Shown here: positions 59,589-64,000 of the stretch, one piece after another
Layout: every line of letters begins with the position of its first letter
How positions within the stretch are numbered: position 1 is the first letter of the stretch
NCBI GenBank assembly: GCA_012295275.1
Contig: CM022678.1
Coordinates: 11,470,001-11,534,000, forward strand
Length of the DNA stretch: 64,000 bases
Reading direction: 5' to 3'
Source: Chrysomallon squamiferum
Lineage: Eukaryota > Animalia > Mollusca
Notes under the pieces: model-generated
What the model was told of the DNA's origin: nothing
The model's database searches: none
The model's input: the letters and a program-made list of their open reading frames with translations, nothing else
Program-made: the position numbers and the translations under genes

Positions 59589-59955
59589 ACATTTCACGAA
59601 TTTATTACCACCATATACTCGTAAAGGTGTAAAAAAAAAATCTCAGTTTCATTTTATTAGTTGTATTATTTTTATTTTGTCTCCTAAACTGTTTAAAATA
59701 TCATAACTCTGCGAGAATCTTTTTCTACTTATTTTATTATTCTCGTAAACGCTGCTTAAAATAAAATTTTACACTTTTTATTTTGTTTTCCTCGTGAATT
59801 TGTCTGAGTCACGTTTTTCACTCTTTATCGTTTCAGGCTGCTAACCTGTAAAATAATTAAACGAAATTAAACAAAGTGAATATGACTGAGAGAATTTTTA
59901 AATTTCATTTTCAGGTTTGAAAGCGATAGTTCTGTACTGTTTCGTTCATATTTTC

Positions 59956-60052
<97 letters not shown>

Positions 60053-60364
60053 GTTACATTAATAACGGTAAACTCAGGTAGGTTTCAGGTGACTCAAAGG
60101 TAAACATCGTGACAGGTGAGATAACATTTACCTTGATCAGGTTAATTACCACACTGACAGGTGTTATATTGTCACATATGCTCTGTGTCAGCGTCACCCA
60201 CATCATCATCAACGTTATGCACAACATCACCATCGTCGTTATACTGAAGAAAAACTTTGTGTTCAGTTTCACATTTTCGTCTTTCATTTACAGGAAAGGA
60301 AAAATAAGATAAGTAAATAAATAATAGTAAAATATTAACAATACATGGAATGAAAATGTTAACT

Positions 60365-60437
60365 CGAGCTTGCCAGGATTCGAACCTGGAATCTTCTGAT
60401 CCGTAGTCAGACGCGTTATCCATTGCGCCACAAGCCC
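60365..60437 (-). tRNA. trnR-ACG: tRNA-Arg(ACG), consensus copy
   Basis: Exact reverse complement of the consensus; only a T4 about 9 nt downstream. Confidence 0.98.
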
Positions 60438-60487
60438 TTCTAACACTGTTGATTGGTTGTTTGGTAAACCGTACATTTTTGGCACAG

Positions 60488-60531
<44 letters not shown>

Positions 60532-61947
60532 TTATCTTCTCCTTTTTTTCAGACACCAGAACTGAAAAGTTTAACAAGCATGAAATTCAGTTTTTAAAAA
60601 TTTATTTACGTCATAACAGGTGAAAAAAAAAAAAAAAAATCTTTAAGTATCACGATAACAAGTCATAAGCGATATCTGTAAAATGTTTAACTTTTTTCTT
60701 TCTCGTTTATTTATTTATTTTATTTTTTTTTTTTTTTTTTTATATACGTTTCAAAAGTACAAAAGTATCATAAATTCAAAAAAAAAAAAAACATACATGA
60801 ATAGTGTGTCTAGATAAAAATATATAATTTTACAAAATGCAATATAAAAAAAATGAAAAATGGAAAAAGAAACATATACATTTATATGTAAATCTGCAAC
60901 AACAAAATTACCAATATAGATAACTTAGGCAACAGTGGTGACATTAATAACATACTTCGCTACTTATTACATCATCATCATCATCATCATCGACATCATT
61001 AGCCTCATTTATTAATAATCTTCAGCATCGTTATTTACTTATTACATCATCATCATCAATACTGCTTAAGAAAATCGTCGCTATCGTCAACATCATCATC
61101 ATCATCATCATCCTCTTTGGTAATTGCATTATAAAGTATGAACAACAACGTCGAAGACATTTTGAGTGTTTCAGTAAAATCGTAATTCGATAGCGTTAAA
61201 AAAATATTTTACTATTAAATCAAGCACCGTTTACCCCAAACAGACAAATTCATTTCGTCTGGAAATCAGAAAAAGAAAAAGAAAAAGAAAAAGAAAAAAG
61301 AAAAAAAAAAAAAGAAAGAAAAAGAAACAAGAGGGAAAAAGAAACACGCTATCGAAACAGATTTGGCGCCCTGCATCTAGATTACTGGAAAAGAGCAGAC
61401 GTCATTTTGATAAGAAACAAGAAGAGCTCTCAGAGATGAATACGAGGCCATTTTTAACTGATAAAATAAGAAACAAATTTGCTTAATAAAATTCAAAAAA
61501 AAAATAAAGAGAGAGAAAAAAAAAGGATGCTAAGATGAAATATATTAGAAAATGAGGTGAAGGTAAAAGAAAATAAGAATAGAAAGAAAGAAAAAAAGAA
61601 TAGAAAGAAAGAAAAAAGAATAGAAAGAAAGAAAAAGTAAGAGAAGAAAGAAAGAAAGGAATAATAAATAGAAAGAAAGAAAGAAACACAAAGATAGAAA
61701 TTCTGCAGGAGATTTTACAAGTAAAACTACTGTGACATCATTTTTACCATTACAACAACAACAACATCTACGACTAATATCAACATCATCACTGATGTTA
61801 GTACTGCTACAACAGCAACAGTTGCTGTAAGTTACACCACCGTTATTGCTGCTGCTGTTTTTGTTATAAATACTATCACCAGTAAAATAACAACAACAAC
61901 AAATACTACTACTACAACTACTACTACTACTACTACTATACAGGTTA

Positions 61948-62020
<73 letters not shown>

Positions 62021-63087
62021 AGACTTTCATTATCTATGTCTCCTCCTGTTTTCACTTTCTTCTCTACGCAAGGCTATTACAGTACCACCTTCAGAGCAGA
62101 GAACAGAAAAAAAAAGAGAAAAAAAGAAGTAAAAAGGAATAACACGACATGAAAAGTTAACTGAATGTCGTTCGTTGACGGTTGTTCGTCTTCACAAATT
62201 ACTGCAAATTGCCGACAGTAAATTCTACGTCGACATTTACCGTATAAAACCGTCAATACGCTGGCTCGGTCTGTCTCGTTGATGATTCAGGGCACATTTG
62301 TGTTAACAAGGCGTAGACAGACTCAAACACAAGCTGCAGGTTTAGACTTTTACTCATCTAAAAGTATTGATAATTACGTCTGATAGCACGTAGTAAACAT
62401 CTGTCACACATCGACGATTCAAGAAAGGAAACCCGCATCAACTTTTGGATTCATATTTTACCCTTTTCTTTTTTCTTCTTTTTTGTTATTTTGTTATTTT
62501 GTTATTTTTTTGTTTTGTTATTTATTTATTTTTGTTTTATTTATTTATTTACTTATTTATTTATTCATTTATTTATTTGTTTGTTTGTTTGTTTGTTTAT
62601 TTGTTTGTTTGTTTGTTTGTTTATTTGTTTATTTATTTATTTATCTGGTGAGAATTTTTTTTTACATTTACACACAAATAGCTTTTACAAAGAGATGCTG
62701 ATATTAATCTAAATTAATTTTCTGATTTTTGTTAATTCTGATTCGTTCTGATAAACAGATTTCCCTTGTAAAAGAGAAATTTATCTTCTTTTCCTCGCAT
62801 ACGATCAAATAAATATTTATTTAATTGTCTACCGCGACTGCTGCGGAGGTAAAAAAAAAAAAAAAAAAGATAAAAAAATTGAAAAAAAAACAACAATTCC
62901 ACCTTCAAGGCAGGTGAAAGTTAATTTTAGTTTTTGTTAAATTTACATTTCTTGTCTGTCTGTCAGTACGTCTCGCTGTCAGTTTTTCTGTCTATTTATC
63001 TAACAACGTATGGAGAAATTATAGTAGTAATAATGGTGATGTAATTGTAGTTGTAGTAGCAGAGGCAGTTTTATGAAAAGTAGTGAA

Positions 63088-63307
63088 TAGCAGTAGCTGT
63101 AGCAGTAATAGTATAAAAGTAATGGTGATGAAGATGAAGATGATAATAATAGCAGTAGTAGTAGTAGTATTGGTGGTGCTGATGGTAGTAGTAGTAGTAG
63201 CAGTAGCTGTAGCAGTAATAGTATAAAAGTAATGGTGATGAAGATGAAGATGATAATAATAGCAGTAGTAGTAGTAGTATTGGTGGTGCTGATGGTAGTA
63301 GTAGTAG
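63088..63307. repeat. 110-bp tandem duplication of low-complexity TAG/GAT sequence
   Basis: Block starting TAGCAGTAGCTGTAGCAGTAATAGTATAAAAG at 63088 recurs at 63198. Confidence 0.9.
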
Positions 63308-63857
63308 TAATAGTAGCTGTTGTTTCATTCCATACGTATAGTTAGTAATGCTATTTAGTGAAATATGCAGTTTTCTGTTATTTATTGTTCCTGGTGTCTG
63401 TTCGTCTGTTCTCTCTGAGTGTTTCTATTTTTAGAAAACGTGTTTCGAGCTGGGTGATCACAGAATGTAAAAACGTCAAAGTATTTTTATTGTGGTTCGT
63501 TGTTTAAAACCGCCGAGCCTGGAAAACGTTCACCTGTCCGGGTTGTTTACGGCACTTCGCGGTGTGTTTATGCTCGTTCGGTGCGGACATGTTAAACACA
63601 TTATTCAGAAACGATTTATGGCGATCCTTGCCCGTTCTCTCTTTAAATCAAAGTTCCCAAAGAACATCTTCTGTTTGTGCTTCAAGCAGTTCTCGATGGT
63701 TCAATTTTACGTTTTGTTTAAAACTCATCTGGTGACTACAGTTTAATGATAATCTTGGGTGGATGGTGTTGTCAGAAAAGGAAGAGATAAATCTGGATTT
63801 TTATTTAACTTCAAAATCTCTCTCGCCACCCAGTAAGAGCCATGTGACTCTAAATAC

Positions 63858-63971
<114 letters not shown>

Positions 63972-64000
63972 ATTCTCTCTGTACCTCTCAGATTGTTTCA

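Overview
AT-rich, microsatellite-dense animal genomic DNA with no recognisable protein-coding gene; nearly all ORFs in the track are translations of simple repeats. It is non-coding-RNA territory. Two protostome microRNA precursors lie on the minus strand about 21 kb apart: mir-279 (21314-21379) and mir-36 (33-98), each with a clean hairpin and a correctly spaced CNNC motif. A candidate NRF1/TATA/Inr promoter sits about 0.9 kb upstream of mir-279. Between the two hairpins are a 106-copy 15-bp minisatellite (an ATG-initiated, stop-free KDKLG-repeat ORF on the same strand) and a perfect 60-bp palindrome. The right half holds six intronless tRNA-Arg(ACG) genes (38520-60437), two with reciprocal acceptor-stem variants at pair 4:69. 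GC-richer islands are packed with recurring motifs (TGACGTCA, GTCACGTGAC, AGCAGACGA, GAGGCTCCAG, AAGGGARATAA, CTCF/YY1-like). A lophotrochozoan, probably mollusc, origin is my inference from the miRNA sequences and repeat style. All motif counts are by eye.
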